In this document: positions 1 to 12,800 of the stretch, one piece after another
Position numbering within the stretch: position 1 is the first letter of the stretch
Layout: the number at the start of each line of letters is the position of its first letter
NCBI GenBank assembly: GCA_021613535.1
Contig: CP075494.1
Location: 1,550,001 to 1,614,000, forward strand
Source: Adineta vaga
Lineage: Eukaryota > Animalia > Rotifera
DNA: 64,000 nucleotides
Direction: 5' to 3'
The notes under the pieces: generated by a model
The model's input: only the letters and a program-made list of their open reading frames with translations
Told to the model about the DNA's origin: nothing
Database searches by the model: none
Program-made: the position numbers and the translations under genes

Positions 1-1004
1 TTAGTGAATATTTATCAGATCGTACATGTTCAGTCATGTATAAAGTCATATAAAGACGAATATTAATTTATTCATTTGTATTAAATCAATTTTGTTTTTT
101 ATGAAATAAACAAACTATAAAAAATCCCCTAAAGAGATAAAACATTTCTTTATTTCCTCCAGATAGGATTGAAAGAGTTAAATTTATAAAACTATGTGCA
201 AAAAAATTCTTTTATGAAATTATACAATGAGAATTATATAGCTAATGATTATCCAAATGTTCTTAATAAATCTCTTTTAAGTCATTTTTATCCGACCTCA
301 TTTGTGACAATTGTTCAATTGATTGATGAATTATTTATTGAAAATATAATTGAATAACAACATTTCTTGATCTATTAACTATTGAATTCAAATTATTATT
401 ATTATGGCATAGTTTAACTGTTCATTAAAAAAAAGACGCTATTCATCATTATTAAACAAATCATGCTGTAACCTTGAATTCAAATTAATCGTCGACAAAA
501 AGAATCTGAAAAACAGCTTTCATTTACATTTATGCATATTATTGAGATGAATGTATGTGGCTCAAAATGACATTCACATCCTAGGCCAACAATACGGTCA
601 TAACCTATGTATATCTCCTTCGATTACTATCAAGCTAGATATTCTGACCTCATGACCGATAGTAGCTATCTGTTCTATTCCTTTCTCTTTCTCCTGTATA
701 ACCTTCTGCCCAATGTATGAAAGGGTCACTACTTGAATGATGTAGTGTATAGTTAACATCAGATCGAAGATGGCAGAAACGTTACTCCTCCAGCAGTTTG
801 TCACTGTTAGCACAATAGAATAAAGTAATGAGAAATAAACAATTTGAATTAATATGAAGTGAAAATTAGATGTTTGTATAAGCGTGTTTTTTTCTTCTAT
901 GAACCATTTTATTTTATTATGATTATGACTTGTAAATAGAATCCATAATGTATTTAGACAAATATTATTTTGAATGATGATGTAAATTTTTTCTAGATAA
1001 AGCG

Positions 1005-1999
1005 ATGTTTCGCTTAACAATATGCACTTTTATCTTTGTTCTTTTGATCACTGCTGTTCGAGCTCCTGGTGGAGGTGGAGGTGGTGGTGGAGGAGGAGGA
1101 TATCGTGGTGGTTTTATTAGCGGAGGTGGTCGATCTCGTGGTGCAATAGGCAATAGTACTAATGGTAAGCGTAGGAATAATTTAGTTATTTTTTAAAATA
1201 ATACAAAAAGAATTTACCATTCTATGTCTTCATCAACTAATATACTAAGATAACGTTGAGTATTGCCGTTGTTAACACGACTTTCCTATTTTGTTGTTGT
1301 AAAAAGATGTGAGTTAACAAAAATCCTTGTCACATATTTCCGAATACAGATTATAATTTAAAATTTGCATAGTATTATGTTGTTATTTTTCTCAATTTAG
1401 AAACTAACGGTGAACGATGGCTTGCGATAGGATCTAATAGATTTTACAGCATACTGATTATTCTTGCGATCTGTTGTGCAATTGCCTGTTTAGGCTGCTG
1501 TTCTCGCAATCCTTATGAAATGTCTTCTTATAACAATCAAGATGGAATATCACCACGAAACAATACTGACTTTATTCATGATAGCTCGCCACAGAATATT
1601 AGCCAGATGAGTGATCCTTTCAAGACAGGTATTTGGTCTTTCAATTACTATCAATATGGAAAATCGCATGGACCATATCGAATGTCTCTTCAATTCAATC
1701 ATTCATCAAGCATAGTAACTGGTCGAGGAACATATGATGTTGGTGATTTTACTATGGATGGTGTTTTTTCATCTGAAAATTTTCGATTAGGTATCAATCA
1801 AAGATATATAGAAGGCACAGGTGATGCAAATGAAAATTTAGGTCATACATCCATTTTACAAATGGCATGGAATTCGAATCAAAATCAATTTGAAGGTAAA
1901 TGGTATGTTAAAACGCATAAATATACTGGCAATGGAAACTTTCATTTACGTTTCGAGAAAACTGCTATGCCCTTGCTGTATGATGATTCTGCATGTTAA
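1005..1999 (+). CDS. Two-exon single-pass membrane protein: signal peptide, Gly-rich ectodomain, TM helix, ~160-aa cytoplasmic beta-rich domain
   Basis: Exon 1 1005-1164 (donor gtaagc) and exon 2 1401-1999 (acceptor tttag) join in frame: MFRLTICTFIFVLLITAVRA-PGGGG...STN/ETNGERW...SILIILAICCAIACLGCCSRNPYEMSS... into ORF 1520-1999. Confidence 0.75.
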
Positions 2000-2795
2000 T
2001 AATGACTTAAACAATTTATGAAACTTGTTTACTTCAAGATAGTTCTATTTTTCGTTTTTGCTTGGCCTCTATCATGTGTGTCGATATCGTGTTTATGTTT
2101 GTGTTTCAATCTTGAGTAAAAACGTACTGTTGAGGTTTTACTTCGTTAGACAGTTTTTTTTTGTATCGGTATTAAAGAGTGTTGTTCTAGTGATATATAT
2201 ACTCTTGCATTTATTCATACGTGTTTGTTGATTTATCTCCTTTTCCATTGTTGTTTAAGAAATAAATGTTTTACTTGAGCTCGCATTGTTTTCCTTTTAG
2301 CAACTTTAAAACACAATTCTGATATTGTGCATCAAATCATATCTAGTCATTACTTTTTTTATATAAAAGTCGAACTTTTCAAGTTCTATTCATTTGCTTT
2401 TTTACAAGTAGAATTTGTATACTTATCTTGTAATAATCGATGAAATTCTTTTGATTTCTTCTCTCAATTGAATTACATTTAAAATCTTTCTCGAGTAGAC
2501 TCACATTTTGTCTCATGAGTAAAAAGCCTGAAAAGTAGTATATACGTGTATAGTAAACTAATTGTTTTATCATTTAAATGAATATTTTTAGTGTCAAAGT
2601 AATGTTCCATATATATAGAGCCTATGACGATTAAAATTGTAGAGAAGGTAAAGATTTTTAAGATTCATTATATATACACATTAATGCCATCTGATGCTAA
2701 GAGATGAAGAAAACGTTATTGGTTTGACGTCACTTTTTATCTCTATCAACAAGAAAGTAATTACATCATGATCACAAAATCGCTTTTCATAACGC

Positions 2796-3330
2796 ATGTC
2801 ATCATCAATATCATATAAGATATTACCACTGACTTTAATGAAATCCACCAAAAGTAGATGTACATTTCTAACATTACCTGTAGAACTCGTTTATCGAATT
2901 CTCGATCATGAAAGCACATATAATTTGATTTGGTCCATGCAAAATGTCTGTCAAAGATTCGATGAAATTCTTAACACTTATCTCCGATATCAAGTTCGTT
3001 TACTATTTAGTTAGTTATTTCATTAGAACACAAATTTATTAAGTTAGAAGAGGAGTTTTTTCGGAAAATTGATAAACCAGAACACTGAATTTCTTTTTTC
3101 TTTATAAATATTTAATACATTTTCATTGAAGACACTATAACCGCACAAAATCTCCAGTGTAATCGGATCGGATCTCAACAAGCACAAAATTTAGCTAATA
3201 TCTATTCATCTTTGATATATTTTAGTCATTCGAAAATGCATGATGTTGTACAGACACTCACTACACTACATCTCGAATGGAATTATATCAACGATGAAGG
3301 AGCACAACATCTTGCTAACGCATTACGAAT
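2796..3330 (+). pseudogene. F-box plus RNI-like LRR gene remnant
   Basis: F-box motif LTLPVELVYRILDH...NVCQRF..I then donor gt. A later LRR exon reads TLTTLHLEWNYINDEGAQHLANALR (from ~3254). The first LRR exon (~3132-3200) is frame-disrupted. Confidence 0.65.
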
Positions 3331-3791
3331 CCTATTATCCTTCGGTAAACTTTAATAAAAAAATTGTTTTTTAAAAATGGTCCTTTGTTTGTCTCGAAAA
3401 AAACTAACATCAAATTCGTGATCTTCGACCCCGATTACCCATAGTTAAAATAAGTTTTTTTCTACTCTATCGAAATTTTTTTAATTAGGCTCAACTGTTG
3501 GTGTATTGTCTCATACATTATCTCCATGATGAGAATTAATTGGTACATCGATTAATTTCATATTGTTTCTGATAGTTAGAGATTAATACTATCATCTCTA
3601 ATTTTACGTCTATACAATTACGTGATAAACAAATTAATTTCTTTGCCAGCTTCGATTGATTTAGCTGAACGATATGAAATATTTTTCGATAATATCTATT
3701 AATTAATCTTATTTTCAACAGAGGAAACCTTCTTCAGTTCAGATTTTATATTTGATCTGATAATCGTTCATTTCCATTAATTTTTCTCACC

Positions 3792-3844
3792 ATCTTGAGG
3801 GTTAGGGTTGAAAGAAATAATAACACCCCACCCACATCCATCCT
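3792..3844. repeat. Degenerate inverted telomere-like mini-element
   Basis: ATCTTGAGGGTTAGGGTTG...ACACCCCACCCACATCCATCCT; G-rich arm followed by C-rich arm. Confidence 0.5.
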
Positions 3845-4458
3845 ATATGGAATCAGTAAAGTGCTAATTGTAGCAGATCGGACGGAATGATACCTTGTTT
3901 CAGTTGCGCTATACCCGACATCTGATCTTTGTCATCTATATACGTACTATGAGAGGTGTTTAGTTTATATAAAATTTTCGTAAAATTTATGTTAATATGC
4001 TTTGTAGTCTATAGTGCTAGATAGTATCAGAATTAATCTTATATAGACGATGTACTGTTATTTGTTTGAATTTACTTTACCTCATTGTGTTCTATGCTGA
4101 GCAAAATAAAATGAAATCATATAGTTTTCTTTTATTTTAGAAATAATATTTATCTAAAAGAATAAACTTTTTTTTTAATAGATTTTATTTTAAAAAAAGA
4201 TATTAGTTTTTTCTTTCGTTTATTTCCTTGATTAAATCGATCATAATTATATCCTTATATAGATTAATTGTTTTCCAGATGTCTGACGCCTGTTTAATCC
4301 AATCTGAAAGACTTTTAAACTTTGGTTTCGGTACATTTGCTACATCAAAAATTTTTCTCTTTTAAATCTTCACTAAGTTTAGCAAATTTAGTATTTGTGA
4401 TTGATTTTTGAGAAAGTTCTTCATCTTTATTGTGTCTAAAATCTTTGTTAAAAGCTTT

Positions 4459-4520
4459 TTGAGGGTGTGGGTTTTAGATAGATGTAGTACCCACATGCCG
4501 ACACCCAGATCCACACCCTT
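4459..4520. repeat. Inverted telomere-like mini-element
   Basis: TTGAGGGTGTGGG...CCCACA...CACCC...CCACACCCT. Confidence 0.6.
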
Positions 4521-5156
4521 CTCTGTTAAACTGTATAGAAAAGAGGTTATATAAGTCTACTCAAGGACATTAAACTGTTACTGCTTGTACTTTTGCGATG
4601 CATTCAGTACTTTAATAGAAACAATTTATTGTGCAGACATTTAAAATATTGCTTACCTCTTGCTTTCTTTCTTTCTTTCTTTCTGTTCTGTCATGTTTGT
4701 ACGTCTAGCAAAGAGGCGGAGAGTAGACGACGAGGAAAATAACGACTATATTTTCTCTTCTCTCTAAATTTAAATAAGTTTATTTATTTTCGAGAAATTA
4801 TACTTTAATTTCAACTTTCTTGACAAAATTGTCACTAATTCAAACGAATATTGTTATTTGAAGTGTGTTGATCAAGAACGTATTACATTACTTATTAATT
4901 CAACGCTTGCAGTTGGAATATTTTTCTTCCATTCTGTCATGCTTATGTAAGAAAAAAACATGCAGAGCATAAGAAAAAATGAGTCCATTTTCTCTATAAA
5001 CTTCGAGTGCGACGACGTTTGCATTTTACATAAGAATAATTTCTTGTAATAGAAATATGTGTTGATTTTCACATAGGTTGATGATAGAAACCATTCGATG
5101 TAAAGAGTAATTACTTGTAAATCAATAGTTTTTTGTTATTTGTTATACTGAGTTAG

Positions 5157-6588
5157 GTCTTCAATCTGATGGCATTCTCGATGAATTGCGCCGCGCTGAA
5201 ATCGGTATTCGTGGTGAATCACAAGTTCTCATTATTCCCATGAGTTGTTCTCTGGGATTACAAAATGTTATAGAAAAACAAAGAACCATGGCCGATAATA
5301 ATAATACATCTGGAACTGCTCTTGATGGCGAAAATCATGCAGCGAATTTACCTAAAACATTATTATCAGTTAATGAAAGACCATTGCATCCATTCTTGAA
5401 AAGTATTCGTGCTCGTTTAAACGTACATAAAATTCTCGGGATGATTCGACAACAAAGTTCATTTACATTCGATTATTTTTTCTTCTGTATCTTGGCTTCT
5501 TTAATTGCATGGTTGGGTCTTTTAGAGAACAATACTGTGTAAGTTTAATTTACTTAATATCAGAAATAATACTACTCTTTTTTATAGAGTTTTGGTGGGA
5601 AGCGCACTACTCTCACCTCTGATGGTAGAAATCAATTCAATTCTTTTTTAGTATCTTTGTTTTCTTGTTTTTGTTAGGGTCCTATCATAGGTTTTGTCAT
5701 TGGTATTCGTACTCGTGAGAAGAAATTATGGTTCTCCGGATTGAAGTCTGAATGTCTAGGAATTATGATTGGCATACTTACCGGATTTCTTTTTGGACTA
5801 TGTACGACCTGGTCCGAAACTAAATGGGGTTCTAGTGACTCCTTTCCTACTGACGAAATGCGATCCAGGTGGAATTTGATATCTTCATCTAAAAAAAGAT
5901 AAATAATCAATTATGATTCTTCTAGAGGTGACCACCGACGTTTATGGTTTGGTACTTTGGTTGCATTAGCCAGTGTAAATCAATCTAACCGAGAGCTAGA
6001 ATAAATTGTTTGATTCCTATTTCTTAGGGTGCTGCAGCAGCTCTATCCACTCTCGGCGGCAATTTTGGCTCGTTAGTTGGAGTGGCAATTAGTGCTTCTA
6101 TTCTTCCTCCTGCCGTCAATACAGGCTTATTGTTTAGTTACAGTCTTCTAGCTTTTTCTCGATCAAACATAGGTCGTCATTCCACAATACAAACAAATGG
6201 AAAAGCAACTTTTAATTCACTTACAAATTTTGTCAATTGCACAGAGCTTATCAACAATAAATATATACCTCTCTATTCGTGTGATATGCATCGAGAAGCG
6301 GCTCAGTTAGGAATATTTTCTGTTATTATAACCTTGATTAATATTCTTAGTATTTGTTTGATGGCCATATGTACCCTTTTAATCAAAAGAGTGACACCAA
6401 TTGTTTCAGATGATGAAATAAGTGAATTTTGACTTTTCAATTATACTTTTGTTCTTTAAAAAGAATTGAAATTGTATTTTACAGCTCGATCTTGGCGTTC
6501 AGATCTAAAGAATAGACATACTTGGCCGAATAATCAATTAAATACTATCTCTGATAGAGAAAATGATCAAGAGCTTACTGAAGTTTAG
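5157..6588 (+). CDS. DUF389-family multipass membrane protein (multi-exon; 5' exons not resolved)
   Basis: Spliced exons give FTFDYFFFCILASLIAWLGLLENNTV/VLVGSALLSPLM/GPIIG...FPTDEMRSR/GDHRRLWFGTLVALAS/GAAAALSTLGGNFGSLVGVAISASILPPAVNTG, which are DUF389 hallmark motifs. Introns are ~50-60 nt GT-AG. Confidence 0.85.
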
Positions 6589-6751
6589 AAAATTATTCTC
6601 GATATCCATGCTTATCCACAACAACGTAAAAAAACATACGATCTAATGAATTCTCTTCATAATATTTCATGTTTGAATAAACTCTACTATAACTACTAAA
6701 TAAAATAATACGCTAAAGTTTAACAGGTTATACAGAATAATTAAAATGGTG

Positions 6752-6809
6752 TCTTCGAGAGGGTGTTGATTAAGATTATAGTCTCATCATCATCACTCAC
6801 ACCCTCAAG
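6752..6809. repeat. Degenerate inverted telomere-like mini-element
   Basis: TCTTCGAGAGGGTG...CACTCACACCCTCAAG. Confidence 0.5.
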
Positions 6810-6852
6810 GATTAGCTACCTATGATTGTCCTTTAGCTTCTGAATAAATCCT

Positions 6853-6947
6853 TCGTTCTGTTTAAATGAACAAACCATTACAATTTTTTTCTGAAACAAC
6901 ACACTTTTTGTTTGCCTATTTTTCTTTAGATAAGAATGTGAAATATA
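6853..6947 (+). repeat. Dispersed ~90-bp repeat (second copy at 21480-21574)
   Basis: TCGTTCTGTTTAAATGAACA.ACCATTA.AATT..TTTCTGAAACAAC...TTTTGTTTGCCT...GATAAGAATGT is shared with 21480-21574. Confidence 0.7.
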
Positions 6948-7296
6948 GTAAAAATGCACGTCTGGTGTGTCATTTTTCTATATGTTAGTAAAATAGATAA
7001 AATAACTACAGGATATCATTCAGTTGTTTTCCCTATTCAGGATAGATATTATTTGATTATTTACTGAACTGGAACGAAGAAATATAGATTTTGCTCGCTA
7101 AATATAGTTGAAAATGAAGGGAAAATATTCATGTCAGATACTTGCATCTACTTCCTTTTGAAATTATATGTTTATTCAGTATTTTTCATTTGTTTTTCAA
7201 TTTATAACAAACAGACAGAACTTCACAAAGAGATCTTTGAAAATTTTCATACAAAAAATTTAACAGATGGAAAGTCAAACAAACAAAAAAAAAATT

Positions 7297-9140
7297 TTAT
7301 TCGAATCTACCTAAATATCCAAATGTAAATACAGTATACATCACTGCGTTTAACATCAAGTCCGCACATACAAGATATTGTTCATTTAAAAATGCGACAT
7401 ATGAAAATACAAGAATATACGAAGTCATAGCTAGGTATCCTTTATGAATTTGAAACGTGTTGAGTTTATACCAGATGGCTAAACCAATCGATTCCAAACT
7501 ATAATAGATCACATGTAAATTTGAATGAAAATAATTAAGTATCGAGGTTTTCGCCATGATAATATCATTAGTTGTATTCCATGTGGATATAATCGATTGA
7601 AAACATCGGTTGCGACATTTAACAGTTCTTTTATCAATATGATAAACACCAACTTGTTGTTGTTGATGGTTCAAATGCATTTGAGCGCCGAATTTTGGTG
7701 TAACAATCCATTTTTTTAGCAGAACTCAAATTGAGAAAAACCTGCTAGTGCAGAAGTAGCATGGTGAAATAACATGGCATTACAGAAGAGAGAGTACACC
7801 ATTACCAAATGAATTTGTTCAGGTGTGTAGTATAAAATATTTGAGGTTAAAAGTAATGGAAAGAATGTGATAAAAATGTTCACACCATATGTTTTTCGTA
7901 AACAAGAATTGATGCCTATATTCAGTAGAAATATAACGAAACGAATAATATAAAAACAAGGTCGACAAAGCATCCATATACAATGTAGTTTTCGATAAAT
8001 ATCAATGTGGGAAGTTTTGTAAACTTTTTGAAATAACTTTCGAAACACCTGTGCAGGCCCACTGAACCATCTGTATTGTTGTGAGAGATATGCCGCATAC
8101 GTAGGTGGAAGCTCATTCAAACATTCAACATTAACCATATAAGCACAATGCCAACCATTGATATATGCTCGAACTGAAATATCCAAATCTTCGACCAATG
8201 TATCTGTATGCCAACCTCCACATTGGTAAATAGCTTTTGTTCGCCAAACACAAGCCGATCCATTGAATTGAAAGAAAGAAGACATGCGATATTTGACTAT
8301 TTGCTCACATTTATGATGATGATTGAGAACAATTTCTTGCATTTGTGTTAATAATGATTCTTTTCCATTTGTAAATGTCCATCGTGTTTGCACATATGCA
8401 GCTTTTGGATCTTTTAATAGAATTGGTATTGTTTTTATCAGAAAGTTTTTCTCTGGCAAAAAATCAACATCGAATAATGCAATATATTCACATTGTTGAA
8501 TTTTGTCTAGACCATTTTGTAAGTTTCCTGCTTTGAAACCATGTCGATTTTCACGTCGAACAACATCGATTCGATATCCTCGATTAAACCATTCTTGTAC
8601 GCATTGATCAATCATTTTCATAACTATTCCATCAGTCGAATCATCCAGCACTTGAATAATTAAACGATCTTTTGGCCAGTCCAAATTACAAGCACATGTA
8701 ATCATCGACATACAGAATTCATTTTCGTTCATCATTGGTAATTGTACACCAACCATCGGATATTCGTCATTATTTGATAATGGTGGTATTACACTACTTA
8801 GCGTAGAATGTGATTTCGAAGGCAAGCAGAATCGTAGAATAGTGTAGATTATCTGTTCAATACCGTCTTAAACTTTGAATAATAATCAATAATATTGATA
8901 AATTTTCAAACAGATCGAAACTTGTCATTGAGTTCTGGATATAGTTGAAATTCTCAGAAGTTGAATTTATCCTTTGGCAAGTAATATTTGAATAACCATT
9001 GTATGTTGTTGTCGCCTCCGACAAGTATTGTAAGAGAGAAGATAAACAAGATTGTAACAATCATCATAAGACTCATAATTGACCTTTTAAAATGATCTTC
9101 AATTGATAAAACTTCTGTTAAGGTTATCTTTGACAATCAT
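7297..9140 (-). CDS. Intronless GT2 cellulose-synthase-like glycosyltransferase (plant CSLA/CSLC type), broken by four +1 frameshifts (assembly error or pseudogene)
   Basis: Motifs YPMVGVQLPMMNE, LDWPKDRLIIQVLDDSTD, GFKAGNL, FDVDF (DxD), VQTRWTF, FQFNGSACVWR, GGWHTDTLVEDLD and QQYRW (QxxRW). After frame correction: IIQSLDGI, AKKWIVTPKFG and C-terminal FGYLG. Confidence 0.9.
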
Positions 9141-9861
9141 TAAATTGAGATTTGATGTATCAAAGACATGTAAAAACGCAAGAGGGCAGCACAACGAACA
9201 GGTGTAAGTAAGATTGAAACCGTCTTCTACATACATAAACTCTCACCCTCAAGATGAATTTTTAGGAGAACAAATGAAAAAGTACGATATGATCTAAAAA
9301 GAATACAAAAATCAATAATTAAAAGTGTATACGGATATATTAAATTAAAAAAAAAACAAGAAAAGCAAATTGAATATATAATAGCAGCTAAAAAAATACT
9401 CGATATGTTAAAATAATTGTAATGCATTGATTGTATACATATTTCAGTACAAAAATGGTGCATCATCTTGATCTTCTTATTCTCAACGATGGAGAATCGA
9501 GTTCCTCACAAACTCATATTTACCTCTATTTCGATATGAATGCTCTTTAAGATCTCTACTGGAGTTATTTTCGTTCTATTTTAGGAACTGAATTTATCTT
9601 TCTAGTCGAAAGTTTGATAACTTATTGCATCTCAACAATTCTATATCTGTTATGGTTTCTCCATCTAATCAGCACTATTGTACTACATCTTAGAGTATTT
9701 GGGAGATAAATGCATTATAATTATTTTCACACATCCAGTACCTATAGTTCTAAATAAAAGCGATATGAATTTATACGGACTCTACTAATTTTGGAACTAC
9801 TTTTTAAATAAACGCAGATAAAAGTCATATATGTTTGTAAGAAATCATTTTTGAATAATCT

Positions 9862-12800
9862 TCACACCCATATTCGTACTTGACCACCAACAGTTAACTC
9901 TGTATGATTCAGTGGTCCTTGATAATATACTATTGCATTTTGCGAAACAATTGCATTGACTGCTGTCCTAGCACAAACATAAACTATTGCTGAGTCACTA
10001 GCTATAACATTGGCAATAGTTGGACATGTTGACTTTATCATAGATATAGTAGAATTTCCAGTATTGATTTGTATTGTACCTGTTGAACAAACATTACTAA
10101 CATTCAATCCAGCAGTACCGGTGATAGTGACAGACGCAGGACAACTAAGTGTGCTTACGTTAACAGTCGATTGCGAACCACTAATATCCATTGATGTTTT
10201 TGCACAAATGTCTACTATTGTACCGTTTTGTGTAATATTAAGAACAGTCGATGTTGGACATGGCCATGACGCATTCAAAGAATGTAGCGTAGTTCCTTGT
10301 GATATTATATTCATTTGTTCGCTTGCACAAAGATTTGAAACTCCAGCCATATTCTGAGCGAAAAGAACAACCTGTTTTGCGCATACATTTGCTGAATTGA
10401 TAGAAATAGGATTCATATAACTGGATGTTATAGTCATTTGTCCGCTTGCACAAAGATCTGAAACTCCAGCCATATTGTGAACATTGACAACAGCGTTTGT
10501 TGGGCATACACTTGCAGAATTAATTGTAATTGCACCCGTGTCACTTGATGTTATACTCATTTGTTCGCTTGCACAAAGATTTGAAACTCCAGCCATATTG
10601 TGAACATTGACAAAAGCGTTTGTTGGACATACACTTGCTGAATTCATTGTAATTGCACCTGTGTTACTTGATGTTATATTCATTTGTTCGCTTGCACAAA
10701 GATCTGAAACTGCACCCATATTCTGAACATTGACAAAAGCGTTTGTTGGACATACACTTGCAGAATTAATTGTAATTGCACCTATGTTACTGGATGTTAT
10801 ACTCATTTGTTCGCTTGCACAAAGATCTGAAACTCCACCCATACTCTGAGCAGACAGAACAGCGTTTTTCGGACATACAGTTGCTGAATTAATAGAAAGA
10901 GGACCAAGTTCTTTTAATTTTAAGGTCAGCGTTTCACTTGTGCAGAGATTTGAAACTCCAGCCATATTGTGAACATTGACAAAAGCGTTTGTTGGACATA
11001 CACTTGCTGAATTCATTGTAATTGCACCTGTGTTACTTGATGTTATATTCATTTGTTCACTTGCACAAAGATTTGAAACTCCATTCATATTCTGAACATC
11101 GACAACAGCCTGCTTTGAACATGCATTTGCTGAGTTAATTGAAATCGAATTCATATTATTCGATGTTATACTCATTTGTTCACTTGCACAAAGATCTGAA
11201 ACTCCACCCATGTTCTGAGCAGACAGAACAGCGTTTTTCGGACATACAGTTGCTGAATTAATAGAAAGAGGACCAAGTTCTTTTAATTTTAAGGTCAGCG
11301 TTTCACTTGTGCAGAGATTTGAAACTGTATTCATATTCTTAACATCGACAACCGCCTGCTTTGGACATACATTTGCTGAATTAATTGAAATCGAATTCAT
11401 ATTATTCGATGTTATATTCATTTGTTCACTTGCACAAAGATTTGAAACTCCACCCATGTACTGGGCAGAAAGAACAGCGTTTTTCGGACATGCAGTTGTT
11501 GAATCAACAGAGACAATATCAGTGTTAATTGCTTTGATAGACATTTGTTCGCTTGCACAAAGGTCCGAAACTGGACCAATTAATGCCATATCAAAATTAC
11601 TGATTTTTGCACATGATGATTTTGGATTAAAAGTAATCTTATCAGCTTTATATACTATTACGTTCATTTGATCAATAGCACAAACATTATCAATTTCAGA
11701 TGTATTATTAGCTGTAACAGTAGCGATTATGGGACATGTTGATGTTGGATCAACAGATACTACAGATTTGTCTTCAGTGTTTATATTCATGGAATTTATT
11801 GCGCATACGTTACTAACTTGTGCTGCTCCTGTGGCATGAACATTGATTTGCTTTGGACATGATGATGTTGAAGTGACGATTGCATACACATTGGCTTCAA
11901 TATTCAGTTGATTAAGTGCACAAACATTAGTAACTGTGGAATTATCTGTAGCTGTTAAATTGAATATTGTTACCAGACAGGTGTAATTACTTTTTACATC
12001 AACTATATCGGTGTTTGAAACTACGAGGGTAACTGGTGGGATCGGTGCTAAAATAGAATAGTAGGAGATTAAAAAAGTATATAGAACATTATTTAAATTC
12101 GTACTAGGTTTGTCAAAAATGATGTGCTAAACATTGAAATTTTGAGGATCGCTTATAATTAAAAGTAACTTTAAATTTCAAAATAAAACTTATAATCTAG
12201 CTACCTAGGCTTTCTATTTGCGAAGATTTTTAAATGATTATGAATACATTACAATCTACGTAAGATATCGCTAACGAGATATCGGTTTTATTCAACAGGA
12301 AAGTTAAATAATTGAGTCAAATCAATATCACAAAATAATAATTGACTATACAGACTTATAGCTCGTTGAATATCAAACAGATTCGACGTCTAATTTCAAC
12401 CAATGCTAGAATTGAAATCCTTGCATCTTTACAACTACATAGTCAAAATATGAACTGTGAAGCAACATACTATTTGGTAAAACGATCTAGTCAACACGAT
12501 TAGAGATGAGGTTGTGATCATGTAGTTATAGAGGAGCAAGTCATTCAGTTTTTTTTCATCAAGGCACTTTTCTCAACTATACGTCTTCATCTGTATCTCA
12601 TCTATTCTTCACATATTTTCCGATCGGTGAATCCTTCTTCATTACCTGGACATGGTTGATTGAGCATCGTCGTTCTATCACTACAGCTGGTACAATGATA
12701 ATCTGCACTTCCGCCAGCAACTGCGACGCAAACACCTTCACCACCTGTCGAGTTACAATTGATCGAAGCTGCTATGCAAGGACTCCCTTGAAAGCAACGG

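Noticed and set aside
240-480. Trace similarity to the Cys-rich membrane family (TIVQLIDELFIE)
   Set aside because: Too decayed and short to support a feature call.
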